Part shown: positions 39,101 to 52,512 of the stretch, in pieces | Layout of the letters: each line of letters starts with the position of its first letter | How positions within the stretch are numbered: position 1 is the stretch's first letter | NCBI GenBank assembly: GCA_051362555.1 | Contig: CM120642.1 | Coordinates: forward strand, 29,388,001 to 29,452,000 | DNA length: 64,000 nucleotides | DNA from: Lingula anatina | Lineage: Eukaryota > Animalia > Brachiopoda | Direction of reading: 5' to 3' | The notes under the pieces: generated by a model | The model's input: only the letters and a program-made list of their open reading frames with translations | What the model was told of the DNA's origin: nothing | The model's database searches: none | Position numbers and translations under genes: made by a program

Positions 39101-42100
39101 TTGACCCATAACACCACTACATAAGTGTCTCTTTCTCATAGCTTATAAAATCAATGCCTACAAAGAGTTCTGTGTGACTGACTTTTGAGCAAAGCGATTC
39201 CCCAAACCTTTTTTATTTATTATCTGGGCCATCATGAAACGTCTGGCAGATAAAAATGCCTTAAATTTAAGTGGTACCTGTAAGGGAATGGAACTCAGTT
39301 TGTCGATAGATGTTTTGTTGACGCCTCCCTGTTCAATTGTCGTCTTCGGAAAGTCCTCGACAGTCAACGCCACAGCATACCAACCTCCGTCTCTGTACCC
39401 CTTCTCCGTGGACACCATGGGAATTGTGAGGGTGCATGTCTCCTGAAAGACGAAAGGAATAAACATAAGCAAACGAACATATACAAAAATATCTATGTCC
39501 GGTGTCGTTGAAATCAGTTCACTAAGTGAATCATGGAGTTTCTAAAGAAGTGTATAACTTGATAATCAAGGTTAGTTTGTCGCACATAAAGTTCCCAAAC
39601 AGGTATCTTCAATCATCAAGTTGGGTAAACGACAAGCTATCAAGAATGTACCCGTGCGATTGCTAAATAACAATTAGGAAATTGCCACGTATCCTAAGCA
39701 CATTCATTGATTCATAACCGACACTTGTAATTCGGTGACGAACAGTTACGTCACTTGTCGGTCCAGCTGAAATCGTGATGGTTTAATAACCCCTTTGGGT
39801 GACATCAGATATTCTGTTACCGGTGTAAGTGAGTGCTGTTGTGAACACGGCTTAAAATTGTGACACTATTCCGTATTACATGATTTATTGTGCAATTATA
39901 ACAGGGGTACCTCATCTAAAGTGGCGTTCGGTAACAAATGACAAACACTGGCGCACTCGTCTGTGCCATTCGCCCAGCGACAGCGGACCGCGTCTCCGTC
40001 TGGATCTTGCACAGGGATCTGGAGCTGGAATTTGCAGCCGAACATGGCCCTGAAAGTGGTGAAATGATATACAAGCGTAGGAATATATTTTGACGCTACA
40101 AATGTTTTTTTTTTAATATAAGTAATGAATCAGGCGACTTTGAATTTCAATTACATGCCTTCTTTTCTAACGTATAGAAACTTTAGAATTTATCCCAAGG
40201 ATTGCTTTAGAGCTGTAAACAGTTCCACAGTTCAAATATTGACATCGAAAAGAATAAAATATATTGACTGTTTTCGCTCTTTCATATAACCTCTTTTCAC
40301 TTGTCGCAAGAGGCACTCAATTTCATGTAATAATTAACTTATGTAAATAACAACACCTTTAAATAAACCACTCATCTCAACAGCATAAAGATCTCAAAGA
40401 TCGCCGATATATTGAATGACTTTTTGCTTCCAGTGACCAAGCTTTTCTGCTTACCTATAAATGCCTTTACTTGCAGTTACAGGACTGTTGTTTGGATGAC
40501 CGGTGTCACTTCTGTTACCAAGGCTGAGTACGGTTTGTAGTCGCCAACTCCCGCCAGAACCATAGTCTAAACTGCGCCATGCGCCACCAGTGAACCTGAA
40601 GAAAATACAAAAATAATAAGTAAATAAAAAAATACACCTTTAATACAAAACTCAGTTGAAGGTTTCAATAAAATGTAGCTTACGGCACAGTACTTCAAGT
40701 TGAGAAATTTTCTGATAATTGTATATAAACTAAATAAATAGGGCCATAAATTTATGATTTTATTTAATTTTATCATAGCAGTACAGGGAATTTTTGAGAT
40801 TTTGAAATATCAATTCACATATTATTGAAAAGAAAAAGCTTTTTTTTTCTATTGGACTATTAATTGTTACTCAGACTTACAAAGAAAATATTATAATACT
40901 CTAACCAACAACAAGCTGATCGGAATACCCCTGTTACATGCTTTCTCCTCCCCTAATCTGTCTATTTAGAATTTTCTCTGGACATACTACTTACCCCACA
41001 ACGTACTCTCCCTGGTCAGGAAATGTGTAGGAGAAACTATTAGCCCCTTGCTCCCAGTATTCATATACGTTAACGTCAGTGACAACGTATTGATGGGCGG
41101 CTAAATTCTGAGTGAATCCACAGCCGGACAAACAGCTCCACTGGCCATTGCTGGAGCTCCCCAGGGTACCAATTTTTCTTTCACTACACCCTCTGCCACA
41201 GGGACCACGCCCCAGCGTCCAGGCAGACTGCCATTGAAAGTTAACCTGGACATGTAATGAAGAAGACAGGGTTGAAATTTAAAAATTAAACAGGATGTAA
41301 TGCGGGGATTTAGTGAGAAATATTACAGTGCAACAAATTATTAGAATATAAACAAACAAAACAGTCGAAGTAGCTAATTAATGGAAAAAATGGCGACACA
41401 GTACTTTGGATAACACTTATTTTTTCTCTGTATTACAGTGAGCCCTTTCGATTCAGTTCTCATGTGTACTGTATTACGACCCCTCCATCACATGCTTATA
41501 AAACAAATTATGCTGAGTCAGTGACTTTGGGCCTATAGAAGGTCGAGTTTCTTATATTTAAGTCCATTTACTTGATGTTCGTGACACACATCCATAAAAA
41601 GCTTTATAAAAGAAAAGGTGAGTGATTGTCGTTATTAGTTTATTTTCATATCTATATAAAGGGTGTTTTTAGTAAAATGCTACATCATTGCTTTGTCATC
41701 GTATTTGTGTTTCGATTTGTTCAGCTTTTATAAGGTTTTGATCTTCATTTGGATTTTTCTCAGTAGTGTACTGATTAAATGTGACTTTCGTTCAAAGCTA
41801 GAACACAAATCAATCGTCACCAGACACCCATGAATATGGAAGGGGGGTTGATTTGCCTGACATTTATAAGAGGGTCCTGGCCACTATACCACCTATCGGT
41901 CAGTGAGTAACTACATCTACTCACAGGCCCGTAGCCAGCAATTTCAAAAGGGGGGTTCTTTTTCTGAAAAAGTGGACCTTTTTCTATAAAAACTTCATGT
42001 ACCTAGATCGAATTTTACCCAGAGTGGACCTTTTCCCAGCAAAAAGGGCGGTTCTATCGACCCCCCCCCCCCCCCCCCGGCTACGGGCCTGACTCACATC

Positions 42101-42347
42101 AGTCTGATAAGGCCTAGGGCCTATACGTCCAGTTTGACCGTAAATTAACGATATGAAAGTTTTTCGGCTTGTTTGATAATTTTCATATTTACTATAAGAA
42201 CCTTTTTATACCATACTGTTTTCACTCATTTCATGTACTTGTAACTTTTAAAACAACAATGAACACTGCATTTTAAATATTTATATATGTTCATTTCAAC
42301 TGTTGGACATATTTTATATAACTTTATTTTAACACTTTTTGTATATT

Positions 42348-42407
<60 letters not shown>

Positions 42408-43597
42408 CAAGGCGTACAGCATCAATTGTTGTAATTATTATTATTATTATTATAAGCATTGGTATCATTATTTCTTAATTTAATTAACGTGTAATCTAAT
42501 TGTAGCTGATGTGGCGATTTGTTGTTGTAAAATTTAGTTTCAGATGCATTTAAGTTTTATCATGTTGATTCTTTTGAGCATAACCCCTTCGGTTACTGTT
42601 TGATGTGATAGGAAACACCGTCAATATTGAGGACGAGAGGATAAAATCAATATTTACACATCTTTACGATAACCTCTGGCAATCGTAGTCTCCGTTTTGA
42701 CTGTTTCGTACTGGTGCTGTACTATGAAACAATCCACTTTGTAGAGCAACCACCATGTGCATATAGTTTTCTGTGTAATATGAAAATCCCCTTTCAAGTC
42801 AAAATAAAACGGACGACAAGAATGGAAATATATAAAATCTGATACATACCGTTTTATAATAGAATCACGGTGCAGAAAGCAATCTTAACGAAAAACTCTT
42901 TTGGGATTATTATTGATTTGAGATAAAAGTTGAAGAACAATTTCAATGTTAATAATTCACGTCCACCTTTTGGGAAGTGTCTTACCTTGCTGTAATTAGT
43001 AAGGGACGGCTTCCAACTTATTGTTGATCCACAAAAGTGATTTCCTTAAAATGTATATATTAAAAAGTTAGTTTTTTCGTAAATAAAGTACTATTCAATG
43101 TTAATTTACCACATCTATAAATTGCTCTTATTTTGGATTTTAATCCTGGATTATTGGATTACACGAATTTTTGTACAGAGCTACTTCACAGAACATTCTT
43201 TTATTCAATTTAGATTAAATGCATTATACCATATTCCGCCTTTAGCGACTTCCTGGATAAAGAATGTTCAGAAGTTAGTTTTTACGTAAATTAAGTTCAT
43301 GTATTTGATGTTAGTTAACCGTACCATCAACAAAATATAGTCTATTACGGATTTATATACAAATTTATATTTGCACATGCATTTATATACGAATCTATAA
43401 TAATAATAATAATAATATAAATAAAAGCAGTAGTAGCAGCACTAGTAGTTATAGTGAATCCATAATAGAAATGCCAGTCAAGTTGGCTTAAGTTTTCACC
43501 CATCTATCAAAAAGTAGTAAAATACTCCATACCTACCCCATACAGATTTCAACACGAACACACAGATAACAGCCAATCCCAATTCTTTGTACCTCAT
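36190..43597 (-). CDS. Paralogue B: Sib/integrin-beta-like module + 2 EGF + TM + acidic tail (~578 aa)
   Basis: Exons 43537-43597 ([21 protein letters not shown]), 42986-43044 ([11 protein letters not shown]), 40995-41245, 40455-40595, 39911-40049, 39278-39442, 38894-39042, 38231-38436, EGF 37655-37768 and 37265-37378, TM 36630-36777, tail 36190-36379. Head exon lengths are identical to paralogue A and the frame is open throughout. Confidence 0.87.
36987..37015 (-). pseudogene. 3' remnant of a deleted EGF exon in paralogue B
   Basis: Encodes GFTGSNCET and is followed by GC instead of GT. It is fused directly to intron sequence matching the intron of A near 25325-25360. Confidence 0.65.
41924..42091. 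mobile_element. MITE with 13-bp TIRs CAGGCCCGTAGCC / GGCTACGGGCCTG
   Basis: Perfect TIRs; ACTCA is duplicated on both flanks. The empty site (single ACTCA, 35380-35384) is present in a duplicated copy of the flanking sequence. Confidence 0.85.
42350..42404. repeat. (TA)n microsatellite
   Basis: Direct reading. Confidence 0.95.
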
Positions 43598-44169
43598 CGT
43601 GGGATGGTCTGCTTGAATAAAACCACTCACCTTTAAGTTACAAAGAATACATTTTACGGTTATCACAAATGTAAAAAACGTATAAGCATGAGTAAAACAC
43701 GCCGATGTGTCGAAATTCAAAATGTACGTAGTCAAATACGCGAGCTTAGAGCATTATTTAGAAATGATATAACCATGCTTGAATTACATGTGACCTTCAC
43801 ACACGTGGTTGCTTTTTTTCTCAATACTTTACACCCAGGCTCATTAAATCCACACAACGGTCACATATCCCTAGACTACCAGTAGTTGAGTATGTTATAT
43901 AGAACAAACCGATTCTCACCTCTTTCTGGTTGAGAAAAAAATAGTCAGAATACCTTATAATCGCGTAAAAAAGAAAATGTACCACACGTTCCAGATAGCG
44001 ATAAATTTGTAACTGACAAATTCCCTACATGCCGATAACTTGAATAAACTCAAACTGAAGTTCTGTGGTAAGTTATCTGCCATTTCAGTGTACATCTTCT
44101 GAGATATTCGGGTCAAGGCATAAGGCTACTGATTTGAAAGCGAAGAATTTGGGAAAAACCGTAAAGTTT

Positions 44170-44995
44170 GATTTCAGACTTTATTCCATGTCGTTTTATT
44201 AATCTTCATTGTATCTTTCAGCTTTTTAGGCAGATTCTGGAATGTACAATCACACATGTTCTCACTGAATGAGAGTTTTAACATCATCAAAGAATTGAAA
44301 CAGAAAGTGGTCTCTTCTTGAACTGGGTGCATATATTTTTCCAACTTGTTTATCTATAACAAAATTATTTGTATTACATCAGCATAACCACACGCAGATA
44401 GTAGGCATGTCACGTTATACATGTATTTCGATATAAATCCTGACTTGTGCCTTGAGTCAGGACTGACAGGTCGGACCCCAAAATCACAGTTTATTACTCA
44501 AGAACAGATCGTTCATTCTACATGTATTTTGTCAATTTGCTTTTTACTAGATAAAATTTATCTTGAGACTTTCCAATCTCAAGATAAAGGGGTAAAATAC
44601 TGTGGGCATCTATAATGCTGCTTGATAGGTATATCGTCCCTTTCCAATCTGAAGTTAAAAAGGTAAGAAAATGATGTAAAATTATTTTAAAATTCATCTG
44701 AGGTAACATTTGCTCATTATACTTATAAACATATACATGTATTATCTCATTGTTTCATTATCAAAATCACGGTTTCTTCCAAGCTCAAAATCTGGATTAA
44801 AGTTAATTGGAATCGACAACGAAAATATTTAAGCTTTTTTTCAACATTTTGTCTAAGTGTATGAGTTAACGACTGCAGGAAAAATATATATTGTAATTGG
44901 CAGATAACGTACTTTGGGTTTGACTAGTGGTAGAACGCGGATGAAATAAAATATCAAAATAGTCACTGTTTAGCATATTTTTTCGTTGAATCAAA
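44170..44995. repeat. Duplicated block matching 48760-48930 + 52510-53180 (and partly 34190-34580)
   Basis: Shared words ATGAGAGTTTTAACATCAT, TTCTTGAACTGGGTG, CAATCTCA.GATAAAG and TTGGGTTTGACT..TGGTAGAACGCGG (the last is the start of paralogue C's final exon). Confidence 0.75.
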
Positions 44996-46505
44996 ATAGC
45001 ATCAACGTGCCCATTTCATTTAAGGCTGGTCGTACAAATATTTCAGTTAACTGCCAAGTAAAATGGAAACATGTTAGATAATATATGTAATAATATTGAA
45101 GGTGTCGGACATAAGCACGTTACTCATAAACTAAATTTCATTTGATTCTCCTTTCCTGCCTATGGCTGTGAGTTGGTAACAACCTGGGAATATTAACCCC
45201 TGAAGTGATCAAATTTGAAAATGCACAAAAAAAAAAAAAAAAAAGAGAGAGAGAGCAAATTACTCGATATTGTCATTTTAGTCATTTTTAGTCATTTTAG
45301 TGCACAGTAACTTTTGCCAATAATCTAACTTAAACTCAACCGGAATTTTTATGGACGTCTGCTCTTTTGTAAAGAAGGCTCGTTGTGTTGAATAAAAGCG
45401 CACGAGGGCGTGACATTTCGGTAAGTTGTTTGTTGTTTGTCAGGCATAAACCCAACCATGTACACAGTATACTCTTCTGGGTCCGAAAAGGTTTAGCAGG
45501 TATTATTTTCTGTATGTGTCCCGTTATAATACTCCAATCGTTAACAGTCTGATCGGAACATGGGCAAAAACATTTATTATCCCAATGCATTAACTTGCAT
45601 ACATCTTACACCACCACATCCTCTCCATGGTCAGGTATTGTGCAGAAGAAATTATTAGCTCAGGTGGCTCCCAGTTTTCTTCTTATAATATCAGTACCGT
45701 ACATCAACCTGCCACAAGCGGCCAAACAGCCTCTGGAAGGTAGAGATAGATCCCTAGGCTGGCTTCATTACAACCCAGGCCCCAGCACCTAGGCGGACAC
45801 GAAACGAGAAAATCTGTTCGGAATTTAATAGAGTTGGTATACAAGACGTGGTGAATAATATTTCAATGTAATAAAGGTACAGTTCTTTGCTATTTCACTT
45901 TACTCCATAGGTAGGTTTAAGATATGTAAAAGGATAAATAAGATTTAATAAAAAGAAAAAACAATTAACAATATGTAAATGAATCAATAAATAAATGATG
46001 GATAGAAAATGTATGAACCAAATAAATGAATAAAGAAAAAGCAGATGCATCATATTTGCAAAAATAAATAACATACACGAATATGTGTGTATATACATGT
46101 ACATGTACTTGTACCTTGATTTCGGCCCGGTCATCTGGGCTGCACACACGTTTAACGGTCTAGTTGTTTTTCTTTATAAATCTATTCAGTGTAAATCTAT
46201 ACTGTGACAGTGTCTACCCAACCATCATGTATTCTTTACAACTTGACCCTCTTTTTTTAACAAATAACTAGGCCATTAAACATTCTTTTCCTATAGTAAC
46301 CGCTCATAAAGTACAATATTACAAAGTTGGACGTCTCAGAGAATTATGTATGCACAGGTCTCTTCATATTGAGAAGTAGACACCGGCATGAGGCGTATGA
46401 ATTCCCATGCTGCTTTAAAAGTCATAGTGCACAGTGTATGTGTTTTGTCGGCGACCTCAAATAGCCATGTTTTAAAATATTTTTGCTTCAACCCTAAAGA
46501 AAAAA

Positions 46506-48040
46506 ATGGCCGACAAGGGAACAAACAACAGCGGTGAGAGTGACTACGAGACGAAGTTTCACCCGGAGACGTACATGAAACAATACTACAATGGTATTGA
46601 GGGAAGTTCTGAACCTGGACTTCTGCCGTTCAGATTGAATACTCTGCATAAGATATTCAACTCAGGTAAAAACGGTGCATATTGCACCGTGCTGCAAAGT
46701 TTAAGAGGTCGGCTTCTCAATTTTTACATGCATGGTTGTTGCAAACTATGTGGAAATAATTTTGGAAAGTAAATCCATGAGTCACTTAATTGTTGTTGAT
46801 TTATTTCAAAACAACATAATTGCAAAGCATATCTGGGCCCCGTAACTCGAAAGCATCGCGCATTGCGACCGAGCGGAAGCGCCTCGATTCCATAGCTCGC
46901 CCATACTCGTCCCATATAACACATTGTAGCCTCTATATGATATCGCTATTCGCAATACGCGATGCTTTCGAGTTAAGGAGCCCTGATATTTCATAATCCA
47001 GCTAGTTCACACAATTCTTTGAAAATGGAAAAGAAGTGGATTTTCACATACGATAATTATTATTGTATACGCTCCCGTTCAGGTAAAATCAGAGGAAGAC
47101 GTCTGCTAGATATTGGCACTGGGCCGTGTATTCACAGTGTCATCAGTGCCTCAAAATGGTTTGACGAGATCACACTCACGGACTTTGCCGAAACTAACCG
47201 AAGAGAGCTTACGAAATGGTGGAAGAAGGAAGAGGGGGCCTGGGACTGGGAAGTGTTCTTTAGATACGTGGCGAATATGGAAGGAAACGAGTATGCATAA
47301 TTTTTGTTTTCTCTTTTCTATTCCACTGTGGTTTTGCCTCCCGATCACTGTTTGTGTTCTTTATAGAATATATAAGTATTTAAAATATTTATCAATGAAA
47401 ATGAAGTAAAAATGACATCTTATTACCTAGTACAAGATTTTCCTAGTGCAGATAAATATAAGCATATTTTCTGTATTAATTATATTGTGCGGATAAGCCA
47501 TACTAATTGAAACGTGATATGTGGCTGTAAATTATTTATGTTACATACGTGGACGTGTGACTCTCAGCCACTGCGTTAAATTAATACTTTCTTTGTAGAC
47601 AAAAATGGAAACATGACCAAGACAACATCCGAGAGAAAATACAGGGTGTATATTTCTGCGACGTGGCACAATCCAACCCCCTTCTTCACAAATGTGACCC
47701 ATTCGACGCAATCACAAGCTGCTTGTGTTTGGAGGCCGCCTGCCCCACTGAAGAGGCTTACGAACAAGCTATAAAAAATGTAGCCTCTCTCCTTAAAGCC
47801 GGTGGCTTTCTAGTTATGGTTGGCGTTTTGGGTGAAAGCTATTACGCTGTCGGCGAGTATAAATTCTTCGCTCTACCTTTGAGTCAAAAGCTTGTAATGA
47901 GATCCTTGGAGAAATCTGGATTTGAAGACATCACGTGGTATCAGTTTGATTCCCAAAGGAAAGAAGACGTCAATTTTATACGTACGGTCTCAAACTACAG
48001 GGGTACTTTTGTTGTGACGGCGATAAAACTTCCTCCATGA
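46506..48040 (+). CDS. NNMT/PNMT/INMT-family SAM-dependent small-molecule N-methyltransferase (269 aa, 3 exons)
   Basis: Exons 46506-46665, 47083-47290 and 47599-48040 splice in frame. Motifs FHPETYMKQYY, LLDIGTGPCI, LTDFAETNR, WDW, CDV, CLCLEAAC, LLKAGGFLV, SYYAVG. The three-exon layout is like the vertebrate family. AATAAA at 48441-48446. Confidence 0.93.
46833..46985. mobile_element. Hairpin MITE in intron 1 of the methyltransferase
   Basis: Long imperfect TIRs CTGGGCCCCGTAACTCGAAAGCATCGCGCATTGCGA / TCGCAATACGCGATGCTTTCGAGTTAAGGAGCCCTG, flanked by ATAT on both sides. Confidence 0.8.
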
Positions 48041-48929
48041 CGTGACGGAGACGATGGGACACCTAAAATCAGCCCAAAAGGCTTTAGTAATTAAACCGAG
48101 GACTCAAAATATTCTGAGACATCTCTTAATTATCTGATCACCTAATATATTATCTCATAAAAAAAAAAAAAAAAAAAAAATCCTCAGGTCGACACTGGAC
48201 AGGACTTCGCGATGTAAGAATACTTTCATACCATATTACTTTCAATGGCCAGTGACTCGTGGTAAACATGCAGCTTTTAAAATAACAATGAGCTCCGCAT
48301 TTTAAATCTTTTCATAAAAAGGATTTTAGTTCTTAAAGTACACTAGATTTTAACTTGCTTCATTTAAACACATTTTAACATATATTATTTTTATATATAC
48401 ATTTAACATACACACATTTTGTATACATTGTAAAATGTACAATAAATGTTTTTAACTCTTATAATTTCACTTTATTACTTTTTTATTCATCTTCAGTCCA
48501 GTTCAGTCGATCTGTTCCCTCATTGTTTTGTCACATAGATCTCTTTTGTTAATCGTGTCTAAAACGAAAAATGCCACGCGTTTCATACATTTATACACGT
48601 ATTTTCGTGACTGACAAAAATTCTTAAATGCTGTTAACTTGGAAACAAAAACACGGCCGTGATTTACATGTATCTACCATTACATTTTTGTGACAGCAGT
48701 AAGTGGCTTTATTAATTGTTTAATTTCAAGAAAAGAATTTGAAAACACCATTTAGATTATTTTCACTTTATTGCATGTCATGTTATTAATTTTCCTTGTA
48801 TCTTTCGGTTATGATTACTTTGAGTCTTCAACAAACAATATCACATCTTTTCACGAAATGAGAGTTTTAACATCATTTAAGAAATGAAAAAGAGCGTGGT
48901 CTTTTCTTGAACTGGGTGATTTTTACAAG

Positions 48930-51900
48930 TTATTGTACCACCAGCGTTAGCGCTGGCGGTACACATGGTTTCGGTCCCGTCCGGATCGTTCCGCCGGCTC
49001 CGCCGGCTCCGTTGGCTCCGCCGGCTCCGCCGGCTCCGCCGGCTCCGCCGGACGGCTACCGTTACCGCTTCTCCTCCTAGACGGTAAGGGCCCCCGTACC
49101 CATCTCATGGATTTAGGTCACCTATAATCTCAACTTGTTCCACGTAAAATTTGGGCTTTGTCGGTATTGGGGTCTGGGTGTGGCACTCATTGCAATGCAC
49201 CCTTGTCTAAAAATGGCAAAATTAAATGCTAATTATCTACCCTACGGAAGGAGTTATGGGAAAAATTTCTATAGACGGCTTTCCAAAAGTCATATGTGTA
49301 GATTTCAAATATACCCTTGAATTTGACCTTTGACCTCTACTTCAAGGTCAAATGGGCCAAAATTTTCAAAAAAATGAAATTTTTTACGAAAAAAATTTTT
49401 TTTGCCCTGTTATTCAGACACCACACAGACATAACCAATAATATTATTGGAAAGTGTTACCCTTCAGGTCATCTTTCATCTCCATGAATTTGGGGTCAAT
49501 CGGTGCATTTTCACCGGAGTAGCGGCCATAAGATACCGAAACTGAAAACTGTCTCTAATTCAGGAACCGTTAATGCTAGAGACCCATTCTTTTTTGCATT
49601 TTGTAGAGCATGTAAAGCCCAACACTGGAAGTGGTCTCCGTTTTTTTGTATTCCATACGGTTTTCGAGTTACGCTGTATCAAAAAGTACATATTGGTGGT
49701 AAAAGCAAAATGTGCAGTACGGTAATGGATAATAAATTTTGAACTCTGGAAAAATAAAACATAAGGCTTGGCAAAGCAGACAACTTGTGTTCAAAAATGA
49801 CATTATTTCATCAAATTTGAACTTCTGAAACTTCAGAGCACCTCCTATTTCAAGAATTTTGACCAAAATGACATTTTCTTTATTTTAATTAATTTTTTCT
49901 GTACGAAATTTAAGGCACATTATGGTAACTCCAAAATTATAACATCTAGTCCCTTATATCTCCAAAACTGGCAGAGATAGGTCCATAGTTACTATTGAAG
50001 TTGAATAGGAAGTCATATACTGGCAATCTTACTATGACCTTGAAATTGACCTTTGACCTACTTTTCACCATGAACTGAACTTTGCAAATTTTTCTTCCCT
50101 TTTATCTCCAAAACTGGCAGAGATAGGTCCATAGTTACTATTGAACTTGAATAGGAAGTCATATACTGGCAATCTAAATGTGACCTTAAAATTGACCTTT
50201 GACCTACTTTACACTATGAACTGAATTTTGCAAATTTTGCTTTCCTTTTATCTCCAAAACTGGCAGAGATAGGTCCGTAGTTACTATTGAACTTGAATAG
50301 GAAGGCATATACTGGCAATCTATATGTGACATTAAAATTGACCTTTGACCTACTTTTCACCATGAACTGAATTTTGCAAATTTTGCTTTCCTTTTATCTC
50401 CAAAACTGGCTGAGATAGGTCCGTAGTTACTATTGAACTTGAATAGGAAGTCATATACTGGCAATCTAAATGTGACCTTAAAATTGACCTTTGACCTACT
50501 TTTCACCATAAACTGAACTTTGCAAATTTTTCTTCCCTTTTATCTCCAAAACTGGCAGAGATAGGTCCGTAGTTACTATTGAAGTTGAATAGGAAGTCAT
50601 ATACTGGCAATCTAAATGTGACCTTAAAATTGACCTTTGACCTACTTTACACCATGAACTGAATTTTGCAAATTTTGCTTTCCTTTTATCTCCAAAATTG
50701 GCTGAGATAGGTCCGTAGTTACTATTGAACTTGAATAGGAAGTCATATACTGGCAATCTAAATGTGACCTTAAAATTGACCTTTGACCTACTTTTCACCA
50801 TAAACTGAACTTTGCAAATTTTGCTTCCCTTTTATCTCCAAAACTGGCAGAGATAGGTCCGTAGTTACTATTGAACTTGAATAGGAAGTCATATACTGGC
50901 AATCTAAATGTGACCTTGAAATTGACCTTTGACCTACTTTTCACCATGAACTGAACTTTGCAAACTTTTCTTCCCTTTTATCTCCAAAACTGGCAGAGAT
51001 AGGTCCATAGTTACTATTGAACTTGAAAAGGAAGTCATATATTGGCAATCTAAATGTGACCTTAAAATTGACCTTTGACCTACTTTACACGATGAACTGA
51101 ATTTTGCAAATTTTTCTTCCCTTTTATCTCCAAAACTGGCAGAGATAGGTCCGTAGTTACTATTGAACTTGAATAGGAAGTCATATACTGGCAATCTAAA
51201 TGTGACCTTAAAATTGACCTTTGACCTACTTTTCACCATAAACTGAACTTTGCAAATTTTGCTTCCCTTTTATCTCCAAAACTGGCAGAGATAGGTCCAT
51301 AGTTACTATTGAACTTGAATAGGAAGTCATATACTGGCAATCTAAATGTGACCTTGAAATTGACCTTTGACCTACTTTTCACCATGAACTGAACTTTGCA
51401 AACTTTTCTTCCCTTTTATCTCCAAAACTGGCTGAGATAGGTCCGTAGTTACTATTGAACTTGAATAGGAAGTCATATACTGGCATTATAAATGTGACAT
51501 TAAAATTGACCTTTGTCCTACTTTTCACCATAAACTGAACTTTGCAAATTTTGCTTCCCTTTTATCTCCAAAACTGGCAAAGATAGGTCCATAGTTACTA
51601 TTGAACTTGAATAGAAAGTCATATACTGGCAATCTAAATGTGACCTTGAAATTGACCTTTGACCTACTTTTCACCATGAACTGAATTTTGCAAATTTTGC
51701 TTCCCTTTTATCTCCAAAACTGGCTGAGATAGGTCCATAGTTACTATTGAAGTTGAATAGGAAGTCCTATACTGGTAATCTAAGTGTGACCTTGAAATTG
51801 ACCTTTGACCTACTTTTTATCATGAACTGAACTCTGCTAATTTCTTTCTCTTTTAACTTCAAACTTGACAGAGATAGGTCCATAGTTACTCTTGAACTTG

Positions 51901-52512
51901 AATAGGAAGTCATATACTGGCAATCTAAATGTGACCTTTAAATTGACCTTTGACCTACTTTTCACCATGAACTGAACTTTGCAAATTTTGCTTCCGTTTT
52001 ATCTCCAAAACTGGCAGAGATAGGTCCATAGTTACTATTGAACTTGAATAGGAAGTCATATACTGGCAATCTAAATGTGACCTTAAAATTGACCTTTGAC
52101 CTACTTTTCACCATGAACTGAACTTTGCAAATTTTGCTTCCCTTTTATCTCCAAAACTGGCAGAGATAGGTCCATAGTTACTATTGAACTTGAATAGGAA
52201 GTCATATACTGGCAATATAAATGTGACCTTAAAATTGACCTTTGACCTACTTTTCACCATGACAATTGGCAATTTTCTGTGACCTTGAAATTGACCCTTG
52301 ACCTACCTTACGAAGAACTTAAATTTGATTGTACCATATTTATTTTTTGCAATAGTTTAAAAATTCTTGTTGATTGCATTTTTACAGGTTGTTAAGCACA
52401 AAACTGGTGGCTGTGTCCCTTATTTTGTGTATGTGGGGGTCGATACGAATGCGTTTGCTCCAGCTGGTGGTACAATATTTGGAGGCGGTATCGCCTCTCT
52501 GATCCTCTAGTT
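48930..52512 (+). mobile_element. Helentron/HINE (DINE-1/pearl-like) non-autonomous rolling-circle element
   Basis: 5' subTIR TATTGTACCACCAGC with a nearby inverted copy, then a (CCGCCGGCT)n microsatellite and GACCTTTGACCT motifs. 3' subTIR GCTGGTGGTACAATA at 52463-52477, then hairpin GGAGGCG-GTA-TCGCCTCT and a CTAGTT end. Confidence 0.8.
49950..52262. repeat. 146-bp tandem repeat, ~16 copies, inside the Helentron-like element
   Basis: Unit TATCTCCAAAACTGGCAGAGATAGGTCCATAGTTACTATTGAACTTGAATAGGAAGTCATATACTGGCAATCTAAATGTGACCTT... recurs at 49957, 50103, 50249 ... 52146. Confidence 0.95.

Noticed and set aside
42226-42478. IY-repeat ORFs on both strands
   Set aside because: Translation of (TA)n and (ATT)n microsatellites.
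50496-51239. Two near-identical 101-aa ORFs
   Set aside because: Chance reading frames through the 146-bp satellite.
49950-52262. Regular repeat array as a possible CRISPR
   Set aside because: Head-to-tail units with no unique spacers, in eukaryotic DNA.
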